A DNA stretch of 64,000 nt, from NCBI GenBank assembly GCA_964553745.1, contig CAZKLD010000007.1, positions 9,463 through 73,462 of the forward strand. The letters are read 5' to 3'. The position numbers were made by a program, and so were the translations under genes. Within the stretch, counting starts at the first letter, position 1; every line of letters begins with the position of its first letter. Below are positions 1 through 13,277 of the stretch, piece by piece. The notes beneath the pieces are model-generated. The model was not told the DNA's origin. It saw only the letters and a program-made list of their open reading frames with translations, and did not search any database. Origin of the DNA: an uncultured Candidatus Peribacteria bacterium (GTDB lineage: Bacteria > Patescibacteriota > Gracilibacteria > BD1-5 > UBA2023).

Positions 1-2974
1 TGCAAAATTCTGAACAACCCCAGTAATGATCTGATTCGCACAAAATGATAACAATGTTTTCATCCTCGACCAGAATATTACTAAGTGATCCGTATATCTA
101 AAAGCAAACAAATCACTATGAGATTTGCCTGCAGGACTATCTAACGCAATAGTTACAAGAAAATTGGAGCAGAAGATGAGCGATGATTTATTTTCAAAAG
201 CATTGCAGATAGACGCTGCAAATGATATGTTCCAGAATAATTGACTATTTTCTGATTGAATCCTAAAATGAAAATATCTTGATGGCACTCTCTCTGCTTC
301 TGTTATCAATGCAGTCAAGAATAATGTTTTCTCTTCTGAACAGATAGCTGCGATGAAAAATTGAACAATCTCATGACAGCAAGCACAGAATATAGCAATC
401 AATAATGTCCCTGTTCCAGTCAATGCAGATATCTCTGTCAATGAAGACTGATCTTTTGCCTGAAAACTTTCTGCAATCGATTCAGATAAGGACGCACTTA
501 CATATTCCCTTCTTACCGCTCCCCTGCATTGAACAGCCACAATTACACCTGATTGAAATTATACATATACTCCGAATAAGCTGTTTTCCTGAAACGATAC
601 TTTTACATATGCCATCACCGATTGAAAAGCGACAGTCACATCAATAGCAAAAATCACGATCAAACACATAAATCATGTTCCGACCATTTCTGTAGAAATA
701 CAAGATATCTCAACTTGAGGTTGAGTTGCTATGACACCTGTTACTCTTCCAGAAGCAACTGACTTGGATAAAGACAAGGTAACATATACCGCTTTATGAC
801 TTGAAAATACATGATGATTGCTTTTTGATGCGAATACCAGAACAATTTCTTGAACACCGACAAATTTCTGAACTTATGAAATCACATATCAAGCAGCTGA
901 TGGACAATGAGAGCCGGCAATTAAGAAGTTTAAAATAACAGTCTTGGATACAGTTGCTCCAGCAACACCAGCATTCATCTGATTCATAAATAATTCCATA
1001 TATTGAAGCGATGTCATTCCGAATGCTGCTCCAGTCGATTGAGTCACATATTCAGCGACTTTGGATGGATCTCCATATGTGCTATGAACACCGATCACCA
1101 CCGATTGAACTCATACATTATCCATTATCGCTACAAAGACGATTAATGGTAAGACTTCAGTGAACACATGAAATTTCACTATAGATAAATCATCGCCTTC
1201 TGCTCCTTCTCTGACCTGATTCACAAATAATACTACATATTGAGGAGATGTCACTCCTAATGCTACTCCTGTTGCATGAGTGGTTTATTCTGCAACCCTT
1301 GACTGAGCACAATATAATCTTGGCTCACCGGTTACAGCAGACTGACAACATACATTGACCGTAACGGCTACAAAGACTCTGAACTGAAAAACTACAGTCA
1401 GCACTTGAACATTCTCGATCGATAAGGCTTCTCCTTCTGCACCTTCTCTGATATGATTCACAAATAATACTACATATTGAGGAGATGTGACCCCTGATGC
1501 TACTCCTGTTGCATGAGTGGTTTATTCTGCGACTTTGGATTGATCTCCTTATGCCCTATGAACTCCTGTCACCACAGATTGAGCGCATACATTGACAATT
1601 ACCGCAACTAAGACATTGAACTGAAAGACTTCAGTGAGCACTTGAACATTCTCGATCGATAAAGCGGCTCCTAATGCCCCTGCATTATCATGAGCGGTAA
1701 ACAGATGAACTTACGGATGAGACATTGCGATAAGCGCGAATCCTGTTGCATGAGTCGTATTTTCGGCAACCATGGACTGAGCTCCATATGCGCTCTGAAC
1801 TCCGGTCACAACAGACTGAAATCATCAAGCTGTGGTCACTGCCACGAAGACGCTAAATTGAAAGACTTCGGTTACGACCATAGATTTCTCGATCGATAAA
1901 GCTGCGCCCGCATCGCCTTCACTGACCTGATTCACAAACAACACGATATACTGATGAGATGTCACTCCTGATGCTACTTCAGTTGCATGAGTGGTATATT
2001 CCGCAACCCTTGACTGAGCTCCGTTTAACTTAGGATCTCCAGTGACTACGGATTGAGCGCACACATTGACAGTCACTGCGACTAAGACATTGAACTGAAA
2101 GACTTCAGTGAGCACTTGAACATTCTCGATCGATAAGGCTTCTCCTTCTGCACCTTCTCTGATATGATTCACAAATAATACTACATATTGAGGAGATGTG
2201 ACCCCTGATGCTACTCCTGTTGCATGAGTGGTTTATTCTGCGACTTTGGATTGATCTCCTTATGCCCTATGAACTCCTGTCACCACGGATTGAGCTCATA
2301 CTTTGACAGTTACCGCGACCAAGACATTGAACTGAAAGACCTCAGTGAATACCTGAACATTCACTATAGATAAAATCGGCCCTACGATAAACTCATTTGA
2401 CTTGAGTTGAAATCCATGAGCACAATCATGATATACGAATACTCCAGACATAAACGTATCAGTTTCAGGAAGCGATATATCTGGCATCGTTGCATGGCTG
2501 ATAAATGAATCATCTTCTACACCATCTGCAGCATCAGTAAGCAACCCGCAACCTTCAACATTCACCCTTAGCTCATGAGATGGAACAAAGACAGTCTACG
2601 CCTGGGCAAAAGATTCTCATGGGAATGTTTCCTTGGCAAAATCTTCGTCAATTGTACTCGACACTGTCGTTCCTAGTGCCCTAGCATGGAATTGAGCCGC
2701 ACCAAGCACCCAATGAACAACTTACGCCTCATTGGCATTGACACTAAGCAAGAATGTGCAAAGCAGCCTGATATGACAAAGCTGAACCACAAGCAAATGA
2801 TGAAGTTACACAATCACCTGAGTTTCCTGAAATCAGATAACCATGACTTATTCAGCACCAACTTGATTGTCGTGAGTGCCGACACAAAGAAAAGATACCA
2901 TTACGATAAGCAATATAAGGGATTTTGCAGGAAACAGCTCTAACCTGAGTGTAACCACAAATCCGCTAAATTAA
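1..2974 (+). CDS. Large repetitive surface adhesin, 5' partial (tandem-95/cadherin-like module, He_PIG-like Ig module, six 79-aa Ig-like repeats)
   Basis: Frame 2 is open from the window edge to TAA 2972-2974 if TGA=Gly (dozens of in-frame TGA). Translation: VNEDGSFAGKLSAIDSDKDALTYSL..DGNYTYTPN..FTYAITDG; DANTRTISGTPTNFGTYEITYQAADG; then 6x PSLxGFTNNTxYGGDVTP..YSATLDG..TVTATKTLNGKTS; C-terminal ..VYAWAKDSHGNVS.. Confidence 0.85.
956..2377 (+). repeat. Six in-frame tandem copies of a 237-bp (79-aa) unit inside the adhesin gene
   Basis: Unit starts at 956, 1193, 1430, 1667, 1904 and 2141 (period exactly 237). About 175 bp at 1401-1575 is identical by eye to 2112-2286 (offset 711 = 3 units). 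Confidence 0.9.
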
Positions 2975-2997
2975 AATGATAAGGAATTATTTTGAGA

Positions 2998-3029
2998 ATA
3001 GGTAAAATTAATATAAAATAGGTAAAATT
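2998..3029 (+). promoter_or_regulatory. 12-bp direct repeat ataggtaaaatt x2, 20 bp apart, just upstream of the giant gene start
   Basis: Copies at 2998-3009 and 3018-3029. Each contains a TAAAAT -10-like hexamer; ATG at 3045. Confidence 0.35.
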
Positions 3030-3044
3030 TTAAGATAAAAAATA

Positions 3045-6000
3045 ATGAATAACTACAACGCCCAGAAGAAAAAAGCAATAAGTTACCTTCTTTTGGCTGT
3101 ATATAGCATTTACAGTCTTTCCTTGCCAGTCGGTCAGATATATGCCGCTTCATCATTGCAGATGAATAGCATTTCACTGAATGGTGACCAAAGCTGAAAC
3201 GTCTCATTGAATCCGGGAGCGTCTTTCGGCCTATATATGGATTGAAAAAATAATTGATCTGTGTCGCTAACTGACGTTTATGGAATCATAAGCTTTTATG
3301 ATAATTCACAATTCTCATATGATGAAAATTTCAAATGATGAATAAATGCCGAGAATCCGATTCCATTATCGAGCTATAGTAGTGTTTCATGATTAGCCTG
3401 ACTTATAACACAATGATGAGATGGCCCCTTGATGCCATGAGATTGGCCATTTTTGGCGTACTGATCATTTACGGCAGATATCGGATCTAGCAGATATCAG
3501 AACGATATGGACGCATATTTCACTTGAATGGACTGAGCGACAAACGTAATATCCGATAAATTGAAAAGGATAATCTATATCAATGTAAGGCCGCATATAA
3601 TTGATTATTATTTTGAGAATAGCTGAACAAAGACGAATCAGATTCAATGATGAGGTGCCCAGAATATAGATTTTTTCCTTAAGGTAAAAGACTATAACGG
3701 CTGCACAAATATTGACGGATGAGCAGTAAGGGCTGATTTATCGCAAATTTGACTTAGCAACTCTGAAACCCTTACTTACGACAGCTGCGACTCGGACTGA
3801 AAGACGGCTTATTTCAAGAAGTCTTGAATTTCAACTATGGCATCTCTAGCAACCTACAATTTCAATGCTTCGGATTTTTCTGCTACAGACGAGAATTGAA
3901 ATCAGAATACCTTAACTGACCCTAATACGAATTTCAGTTCTGAAGATAAGAAAGCTTGAGATGATCTGCCTTTGACAGTAGTGGCGGCAGATGCGCCCCA
4001 GGTGACTACCACTTCCCTATCTTATAGCACCATATGATGACCATTGCAAGATTCTACGAATTTCAGGTTTTCATGAAATCAAAGTTGAGAAACCAAAGTC
4101 ACCATATGAAGCGACTGAAGCTGTAATGGCGGAACAATAATTCAAGATTGGTCTTGAAGCTGATCTTATGCAGCAGGTTCAACCGCCTCAATCACCATAT
4201 CAGCTTCACAGCTTACATGATCTGACTGATCATATACCGTTTATTGATGCGTGAGGAATACAACACTGACAGTATGATCTACAGCTGTTACCGTCACAAA
4301 AGATACGACACCTCCGAATATTTCTGCCGTATCGGTAGATAATTGATCGGTTGTGACGAATGATCCGATTGCATCTTTCCAATGTAGCGAAAACTGAACT
4401 TATGAGGTAAGCGTTTGAGGATTCTATACATCAAGCTGAACTACATGATGAGCGATGAATAATGTAGCTGTAACTAATTCATTTCTTGTAGAATGAACAA
4501 ATCAGATCAATATCAACTGTAGCGACAATGCTACAAATAAAGGAAGCTCATCGGTAAATATCATAAAATCGACAGCTCCGCCTACGATGAGCTGATCTAT
4601 CGTATGATTTTCTGATAATGATATAGATTTTGATTGACTTGACTGATATGATCTGGACTTCAGATGGCACAACTCGACTTGATCATGATATGCGTATTTT
4701 GAATCATACAGGCTTTATCTTCTGCCTTCAAATGTTGCATTCACTCCAGGAAGCCAGACTTATGTAAAGCTTATTGCGGACAAAACGGCCGGAAGCTGGA
4801 TCTGAGATTCCACTCTGACAAAAGATTCGACGAATACTTCACTTGTAAATTGAGGTTCATATAAAATGTGCATAGCAATTCAATGAACAAACGCTGAATT
4901 ATGAGAAGCCGGATGCAGCAATGGAACACTATTGAAATTCGACACAGTGCAACATGCAGCCATCCTTTCCGCTAGGTTCAGTTCAGGAAATATCTTAGAA
5001 GTCACGACAGATGCAACTTTGGATACGGACTTATCCAGTCATAGCTGAAGCCTTGTTAGCTTCACGGTAGGCTGAACAACATACACCTGATCTAGCATAT
5101 CTTCAATCAATTGAAAAATTATAAATTTCACAATACAGGATCTCAATGATCTTTCAGCAAGCTGATCGAATCTGATAGCAGATACTTGATCTATTCATTC
5201 ATTTTCAGGATGATTCAATAATTATTTCTCTTCTTGAGCGCTCCTTATAACAGATTGACAAAATCCTACTATCACAAATTTTACAAACCAGACAGCATCT
5301 GCATACTCAAATTTCTATACATGATCAATAGCATTGTCATATACGCTATGAGAAAATCTCAAAGCAGCCTGATCAAGCTATATCCGATTCAGCAGGTCGT
5401 GATGAAATCCCGGTTCTGATAAGATATTCAATATCACAGACCCGACAAAATTAACGGCAGGAGCCCATACGATAAGCGTAGATTTAAATGCGCTCGGATT
5501 GAATAGCTGAACATATTACAGCGCTCAATTCATATGATCAGACCTTAGCTCTAACATATGAAATTCGGCCATCATCAGCAATATCAAGTTCGATAATGCA
5601 GGACCTGCTATTATGACTCTAAGTCCAGTTTGAATCATATGAATCACAAATCCTATGCTCAATTGGGCGACTACGACAGATGATCTAGGGAATTGATCTT
5701 GAGTGAAATGATATTATCTAAGGACATACACAGGTACGACTTGCACTTGAAGCTATTCTGTACAAGATATCAGCAATCCATTGACACTGCAATATCAGGC
5801 TCTTTTAGCTGATATGAATAATTACGCTTGGAATATAAGCGCATATGACAATCTGTGAAATCAATCATCTGCTTCAGCCTGTGATTCCTTCACAATAAAT
5901 ACGACTGTTCCGAGCTTCTCTAGCCAATCGGTAAAAGATACAGTGGTAAATTCGACCCAATATGCAAAATGATGAAATAATGTAGAGATTTCAGCGAATA

Positions 6001-9000
6001 TCGCCAACACCGATTCCAGCCACATCTGGATTGATGCATCAAGCCTGAAAGATGGTTCTTATGCGAATATCTCTTGCTCCGCTCCAATATCATGAGTTAC
6101 ATGTACGTACTCTGCAGGAATTGCAAAATTCGTATTCTCGAGCGGTTTCTGAGTATGAATTTGAAGCTGAGTGAAGCAAGTAAGGCTGACAGCTACCAAT
6201 ACAGCATGAATAAACACAGGAAGCGTACTTTCATCAATAACACTCGATAATGCGGCTCCGGCCATCAGCTGATCACCGATTGCTTCTCCTGTTACAGCAT
6301 TCATTTTCTGATGAACGACAAAAAACATCGTATGGACTACATCATCCATTACCGATGACATTTGATTGACACATCTTAGTTTCAGTTACTCGAGCGATTG
6401 AGGATCGACATGGAATCTGATATGAACATGAACAAACTCTTCTCCATATGCATGGAACATGTGAGCCTTGAGCGATTGATCGAATTATAAAGTTAAAATC
6501 ACAGCCTATGATAATGTCTGAAATTCTAATTCCACTACCTCTCAGACATTCATAATCGATAAGACAACTCCTACAATCTGAAGTATAAATCTTGTCTTGG
6601 ATAAAGATATATATGCCTGACTGCAGTCTGCGGCAATAAGCTGGAATAGTGCGAATATCTCAGATACCAATCTATGAAGCTTACCTATAAGCCTTGAATA
6701 TTCAACCGATAGCTGAAGCAACTGGTCAAGCATCTCGACAGGCAATTCGAATAGCTGAAGCGCGAACTGGACTATCCCTTGAGCCATAAATTCCGAATCG
6801 GTGAAAATCAAGCTAAGCGCAACTGATCTTGCTGGAAATACATGAAGCGTCATATGATCATGAACATATTTCATAGATAATACTTTGCCAGCTATAAGTG
6901 TGACTTTTGCATGAAATTGATGAACGACTCCTCAAAACGGGAAATACATAAATGATTCATGAATTGATATTTCAGCTGAATCGTCTGATGCACATATGGA
7001 TAAGGCTTATTATTCGCTCCAGAATCTTTCTGACACAACTTATTGGAATCAATCAGGAAACGGATGGATCTGAACTCCTAGCTGGAATCTGATCTGCACC
7101 GATTGAAATATATTATGAACAGATAATTCATGCGATCAGATAAATCAATCAGTGCTTCCTGCATGAATAATCGATCAGGCCTGATACAGGCTTATAGTAA
7201 AATCGACTGATGAAGCATGAAACGAGAAATCATATAATCCGGTTGATTATATCTGAGATACTACACCTCCAGACATAAGCATAGCAACTGCGAGCGGAAC
7301 ATATTTCAGCTGAAGCATTACTATTTCATGAAGCTCTGCCGATAGCTGAGCATGACTTTCAACAACAGACATTCAGATAAAAAAGGTCTCAACTTGAGAA
7401 TGGTGGAATGGAAATAATTGGATCAATACATGAAGCCTTATGCTTGTAACATCAGGATCCGCTGCCAACTGGAACTACTCATTTGCAGCACCTTTCTGAG
7501 ATGATGATTGAGAGAACTATCTTGTGAACGTCATAAGCCACGATCAGACATTCAAAACAAATAATAGCTCTACAGAAAGCATTACTGTGATATTGGATAA
7601 AGGATGACCTGCAATTTCCGGAACTTGATTCTGGATTCACCCATCAAGCTCAACATGAGAAATAGTCTCAGGATGATCAAGCTATACTATAGCTTGGGAT
7701 AGCACTAAGATTACCGATAATCTCAGCTGAATCTCATATATCTGATTGGAATATTGGGATTGAAGCCAATATCAGAGAATCGCTTGAAATTTTACAAACG
7801 ATTGAAGCCATTCGTTTACATTGCCGCTACTGGATGTTGATTCTTCAATCAGATTAACCGCTTACGATAATATATGAAACTCTAACTGAATAGTCTCACC
7901 GACTTTCACTATCGATTCCATTCCTCCTAGCATAATCTGAATCGATACAGTCTGAGATACGGCATGACAGATTAATTGATTGATTGTCAGATTCTCAGAA
8001 TTGACGACAATGCCGACAGATGCTTACAATAACTTCACAAGCTCCCTATGAACGATTTCGAGCATGGATTTGCCGGTCAATACTTCAACTTGAACTTCAG
8101 TTAAGCTCAATTTTGCATTTTCCGTCTGAGATACATCATCTGTGCCGACTATAGATTATACATCCGGAAACAGAGATATCAAAGACCGCGCGGATAATCT
8201 GCTTGCAACATCAAACAGCATCCAATCCGCAGACAAAGCTTCTCCTATAATAAAGAAAATCGAAGCGATGGACAATGATGAGAATTGAAAAATTGACGCA
8301 CTAAAGGTGGCATTCAGCGAGAATATCCTTTCCACAAGTGACATATTAAGCTACCAGATAAACAATGCTCTCCCTTGACTTTCAATTTCTTCGGCAACAA
8401 CTTCTTGAAGCTTATGAAATCTTAATCTGAATGAATCATCTTCTTTTGATACATCAACATGAGGAATGACCGTGGGATTCAATAATGATTGAAGCTGGAA
8501 AGACTCTGACTGAAACCTCGCATCATCTCCAACTATGACTTTGACAGATGCTGCGTCGCCTGTGATAATTTCGAGCATGACTGTTGATGCGAACTCCAAT
8601 CATAAAATCGATGCATTCAAATTGCAATTCTCAGAGAGCCTCACTTGAGCAAGCCTAGCAACATTCGGCATTGATAATCTGGCAGTATGAAGCAATGCGG
8701 CACAATTGACTGCATCTTGAAATGAACTTGACTTCACAATTAGTGAAACAAGCGCAGACAATGACACCTGAATAAAGCCAAGGTTGAATTATTCCTGATC
8801 GAGCCTGAAAGATGAAACATGAAATACTGTTTCTGCCATAACGGATTATTATGTTGCCGACAAGCTGGCACCGAAGATTCTGAGCAGGGAGACAGCAGAT
8901 AATGATTGAGACGGTAAGATAGATGCGATCGGATTTGTTTTCAGTGAAGATCTTGCATGAAACATATCATCATTCATATGAAGCGCTTCTGGATATAATA

Positions 9001-10655
9001 TAAATTCATACTCATTCAGCGGGAATATCGCATATATGAATCTAGACGAGAGAAGCTCCGTCGATTCTGGCGCCACACCGTATGTTAGAATAATGTCGAA
9101 TTCATCTTTGACCGATCAGGCTTGAAATTTCATAGCAACGGAAAACTCATACGCGAACGCAATAGATAAAGTATGACCTGTGATAGTATGAGCAAGATTC
9201 AATCCGACTTGAAATAAGATATATCTGACATTCTCTGAAAATATTTCAACTGCAATGACGCCTGCATCATTCATCCTGTCTTGAGCCACTTCAAGCATCA
9301 CAAGCGTGAATTTTACTCCAGGACAAAAAACTTGAGATGTGACGCTGGATTGAGACGGAATAAATTTCTGAACAAGCGAGATGAGTCTTGCTCCAGATTC
9401 TGCAGCGGATTCAATATGAAATAAAGATCCCCTGACTTCGTTTTTCAAGGTCGTCGGGTCTGTGGTAATAAATGAAGTGATGTTTTCGGCAACAAGAGCA
9501 AACCAGTATGTAGAGCTCAGGAATCTTACATCATCAAGCATAGACATATCAGGATGGAAAATCTGAAATTGAGGATGAAACTGAACAGATATCACGATTC
9601 CGGCTTCTTCGACATTAGATGCAGATTGACTATATTTAATCGCATATGGAGATTCATCATTCTCTTGAGTCACAGCAAATCACCAGAGCACAGAGATACA
9701 GATGGATCCTGTATCGCAGAATGATATCACCCTCAGCAATGGATCGGCAGTTATAGATATAGTGAAATCATCCCCTTGGCCAAAATGAAACTGAAGCGGG
9801 AATATTTCGATGGAAAGGAAGGATAGTTGCGATGATTGACTGGATGCAAACTGCTTCTATGATTGACAGGATAATAGTAACTTTGCTGATGCCGCTTTTC
9901 GCTGAACTCCATGAAAAGCGAATCTGATTGATGTTGCAATCCCTACGATAAGCTCATTCACACCGATCAATGATACGATAAAACCAACAGGAAATGTGGC
10001 GCTTGATTTCAATTATGAAGATGATGCATGATGAACATGAATAGATCCGAACACTGCAGAATTGTCATTATACAAATGGAATTGAACAAGCTACATTGCA
10101 AATACAAACTTCAGCTCTTGAGAAATAAACGGTTCTCATGCAAGCTATACGACTGATAATCTTGCATACTGAAAATATAAGGCTGCTTTCTCAATTTCCG
10201 ATGTAGGATGAAACAAAAAAAATCAAGATGTAATATTCTATGTTGACCAGATGACAATGAGCATTTCCAGGAATTCAGCTAGCATACAAAATGTGAAATC
10301 GGATTCTACGGCATATTTCTGAGAGGATATGGTAATAACATTGCAAACAGTCTGAGCAGGATTTGACCTGAAATCATGAGGAGATAATGTTATGACATGA
10401 CCAGGATGATGAATGTGAAGCTTTGATTGAAATTATTGATTCTGATATGATTATGACTCTATACAGAGAGTATTCGACTGAGGATTGATTGCAAATGATT
10501 GAGCATCTGTATGAAGCCAATCAATATCGCCAGATACTGACTGAAACCTGAAAACCTACACATATACGATAAGATACTGAACAAAGATAAATAATGTTCA
10601 AGCAGCATGAACGTATCATGCAACCCCAAAAATCGTCATTAATTTTTTATATTAA
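3045..10655 (+). CDS. Giant secreted surface protein (2536 aa) with Asp-box-like motifs, DxDxDG calcium-loop-like modules and a lamin-tail-like (LTD) segment
   Basis: ATG 3045 to TAA 10653-10655, 2537 codons with no TAA/TAG; stop TAA 3036-3038 lies upstream in frame. Signal peptide MNNYNAQKKKAISYLLLAVYSIYSLSLPVGQIYAA. Motifs YSSDGGSTW, YSTDSGSNW, DNDENGKIDA / DNDGDGKIDA, VVINEVMFSATRANQYVELRNLTSSSIDISGW. Confidence 0.85.
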
Positions 10656-10846
10656 TCATATGAATCTGCTAACACACAGAAAGTATTTTGATGCAGGAGG
10701 GAATCCTGTTGCATTTTAATATATCCTTCAAGTAATATTCTATTTGTCAATAGCATCTATCTTGTCTTCTTTAAGCCAAGTTGAATGAATTTAGAAAATT
10801 AAATTTTACTATTGACTTTTCTCGGAAATGGATATATTTAAAGTAC

Positions 10847-10876
10847 TTGACTGATTAACCGATACCTGTCTAAAAT
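10847..10876 (+). promoter_or_regulatory. Candidate sigma70-like promoter for the 10923 cassette
   Basis: TTGACT (10847-10852) - 18 nt - TAAAAT (10871-10876), about 47 nt upstream of ATG 10923. Confidence 0.35.
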
Positions 10877-10922
10877 AAGATTATCGGAAAAGCCTTTTTT
10901 TATTTATTAATTTTTCAAAAAC

Positions 10923-11513
10923 ATGAAAAATATGAAGAAAATCATCGCATGAACTAGCGCATTCGCCCTACTTGCAATGAGCACTGCATTTGCAGCACAA
11001 ATCGGTACTATCTCTTGAGGAACCGGTACTACTGTACAACCGACTGACACTACGTTTTCAGGATCAACTCAAGTTGATGTGAGCGCAACTGTAGCGCCTA
11101 CTCTTTCTATGGGGCTTGATACTAATGGTATCGCACTAGGAACATTAGCTCCAGGGGTTACCAGCTCAGGATCAGTAGTATTGACTACAGCAACTAATGC
11201 TGAGGGTGGAATCACTGTAGATATGGCAGCTCAAGGTCTTGCTTCTTCTACAAAATCAATCTGAGCTCTAGTTAAGTGAGGAACAGATGCAGCGACTGGA
11301 TCTGGTACTTACCAAGTAGAATCTAGCACAGATGCAAGCGGAACTCCATATGCCCTTGATGATGTTGCAGCCAGCCAAACAGTTCTTACAACTGACAATG
11401 TTGCAAAATCAAATGCAGTAACCACTGTTAAGCTATCAGCTACTGCTGACAACCTAACTGAAGCTGGAAGCTACGGAGATACTCTGACATTCACTGTTAC
11501 AGGTAACTTCTAA
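10923..11513 (+). CDS. Small secreted beta-rich surface protein (possible degenerate WxL-like C-terminus)
   Basis: ATG 10923 (alternative ATG 10932) to TAA 11511-11513, in frame with track ORF 11079. Signal peptide MKNMKKIIAGTSAFALLAMSTAFAA; ends ..EAGSYGDTLTFTVTGNF; hairpin terminator follows. Confidence 0.75.
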
Positions 11514-11534
11514 TTCCTCATAAAATCCGAAAAC

Positions 11535-11570
11535 AAAAAACTCCGAAATTTTTCGGAGTTTTTTGTTTTT
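11535..11570 (+). terminator. Rho-independent terminator
   Basis: aaaaaaCTCCGAaattttTCGGAGttttttg directly after the stop at 11513. Confidence 0.8.
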
Positions 11571-11647
11571 TGTAACGAAGAATTAATTTGTCTTTTTCGA
11601 ATAAATAGTTATATTTGATACGCAAAAAATATATTTAAAAATTTCAT

Positions 11648-12820
11648 ATGAATTTAAGAAAAATCTTGACCTTTCTAGGCCTTTTTTGTATACAAATCTG
11701 ACTGGTGCATGCAAACCTTTCGATCTCACCGCTAAAGTACGAAATCGATGCGAATCCGGGAGATACGAAGCAAGAGGTGATCAAGGTCACAAACGACTCG
11801 GCGAATCCCGTGACACTTTACACTTCTAAAGAGGATTTCATCGCCTGAGATGACTCTGGTACGCCCACATTCGTAAAATCAAAAGATAAGGCTAATGATG
11901 CATTCAGCCTCTCGAATTGGATTCAACTGGAAAATGGCAATATAACTCTTGCGAAAAATGAGACAAGAGAAATAAAAGTCACCATAAACGTTCCGAAAGA
12001 TTGAGAACCTGGATGACATTACTGAGCGATATTCTTCTCGCCTGGAGCCCCTGGATGAGCACAGATTACTGTCGTACAGAGATTATGAGTTCTTCTGCTC
12101 ATAAATGTATCCTGAGATGTCAAAGTCTGAGGTAATCTTTCTGAATTTAAGATCGGAACGCTTGTCGATAAGGCATTTACAGAGAAGAACGACTTTGATA
12201 ACTTCCCTATCGTATTCGATATCAAGTTTCAGAATGTTTGAAATGTACACATCAAACCTGCCTGAAAGATAACAATTACAGATGAGAATTGAGAGCAGCT
12301 TAAAAACATCTGAAAAGAGGCTATAATCAGCCCTAATTGAGCATTTATCTGAGAAAAGCTAGTAAACTACATTCCTGTCAACGACAGCCTATGAAACGTA
12401 CTTCCGCAAAGCTCTAGAAAATTTGAGTCATTGTGGGAAGGATTCTGATATCAGGAACTCCAAGAAAATGGTACGAAACTTGCCAAATTCAAAGATCTCG
12501 ATTCATATTATTCAGACAGCAGAGCATCTAAGCAGACTTATCTGAATTTCTGGGAAACAGTAAAGACGAAGAAAGTGAAGAAGACTTTGACTGCCGCGTT
12601 AGATCTGTCATATGTTTGAACGAATAAAGAGAATAAGGATTTTCATCAGACAAAGAATATCGTAGTTTCCTTCACTGAGCAATACGTCTGAATCAATAAT
12701 TGGATGATACTAGTATGAGTGTTGCTGCTGTCTGCTATCTGATACTATTCCCTTGTTATTGCACCTAAATCAAAAGAAAAACTAAAGGCTCAATTATTGG
12801 AAGAATTGAGAAAAAACTAA
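11648..12820 (+). CDS. Cell-surface protein, DUF916/DUF3324 (CscA)-like, with C-terminal membrane anchor
   Basis: ATG 11648 to TAA 12818-12820, checked codon by codon. Signal peptide MNLRKILTFLGLFCIQIGLVHA; ISPLKYEIDANPGDTKQEVIKVTNDSANPVTLY; GEPGGHYGAIFF; C-terminal helix WMILVGVLLLSAIGYYSLVI then KSKEKLK. Family call is by resemblance only. Confidence 0.7.
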
Positions 12821-12848
12821 AGCTAATACCACTCTAAAGAAAACAATC

Positions 12849-13277
12849 ATGAAGACGTCTAATATAATCATCTCTCTAATATTATCAGTCATCTGAATAT
12901 ATTTTGCTGTGGCTGATTCTCGTGTCGTAGTAACTGCAACAGTCGGAAATGCCAATCACCCTCCTGTGATTCTCAGAATCAATCCGAGCGATGATCCGAG
13001 GCTTCTTAAAACAAACAGAGTTCAGCAATATTCTGCATATTTCAAGGATGATGAGAAAGATGAAATCACATTCACCATAACAAGCCCGGATTGATATGTC
13101 TATCCGACTGATTGAATCGTCTCAACATTCGATTCAGCAAGCGGGGCATACATCAGCTTCACCTATGCAAGCCCATCTTCTGTTCCGGCATGAAATCTTT
13201 CTAGGATTACCCTCACGATAAATGATTGAAGCGGAACGAACGTTATCTCAAAAGATCTGAACAACTATGTCTATTAG
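12849..13277 (+). CDS. Small secreted protein with cadherin/Ig-like segment
   Basis: ATG 12849 to TAG 13275-13277, in frame with track ORF 12909. Signal/anchor MKTSNIIISLILSVIGIYFAVA; VVVTATVGNANHPPVILRINP..DEKDEITFTITSPDG. Confidence 0.7.
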
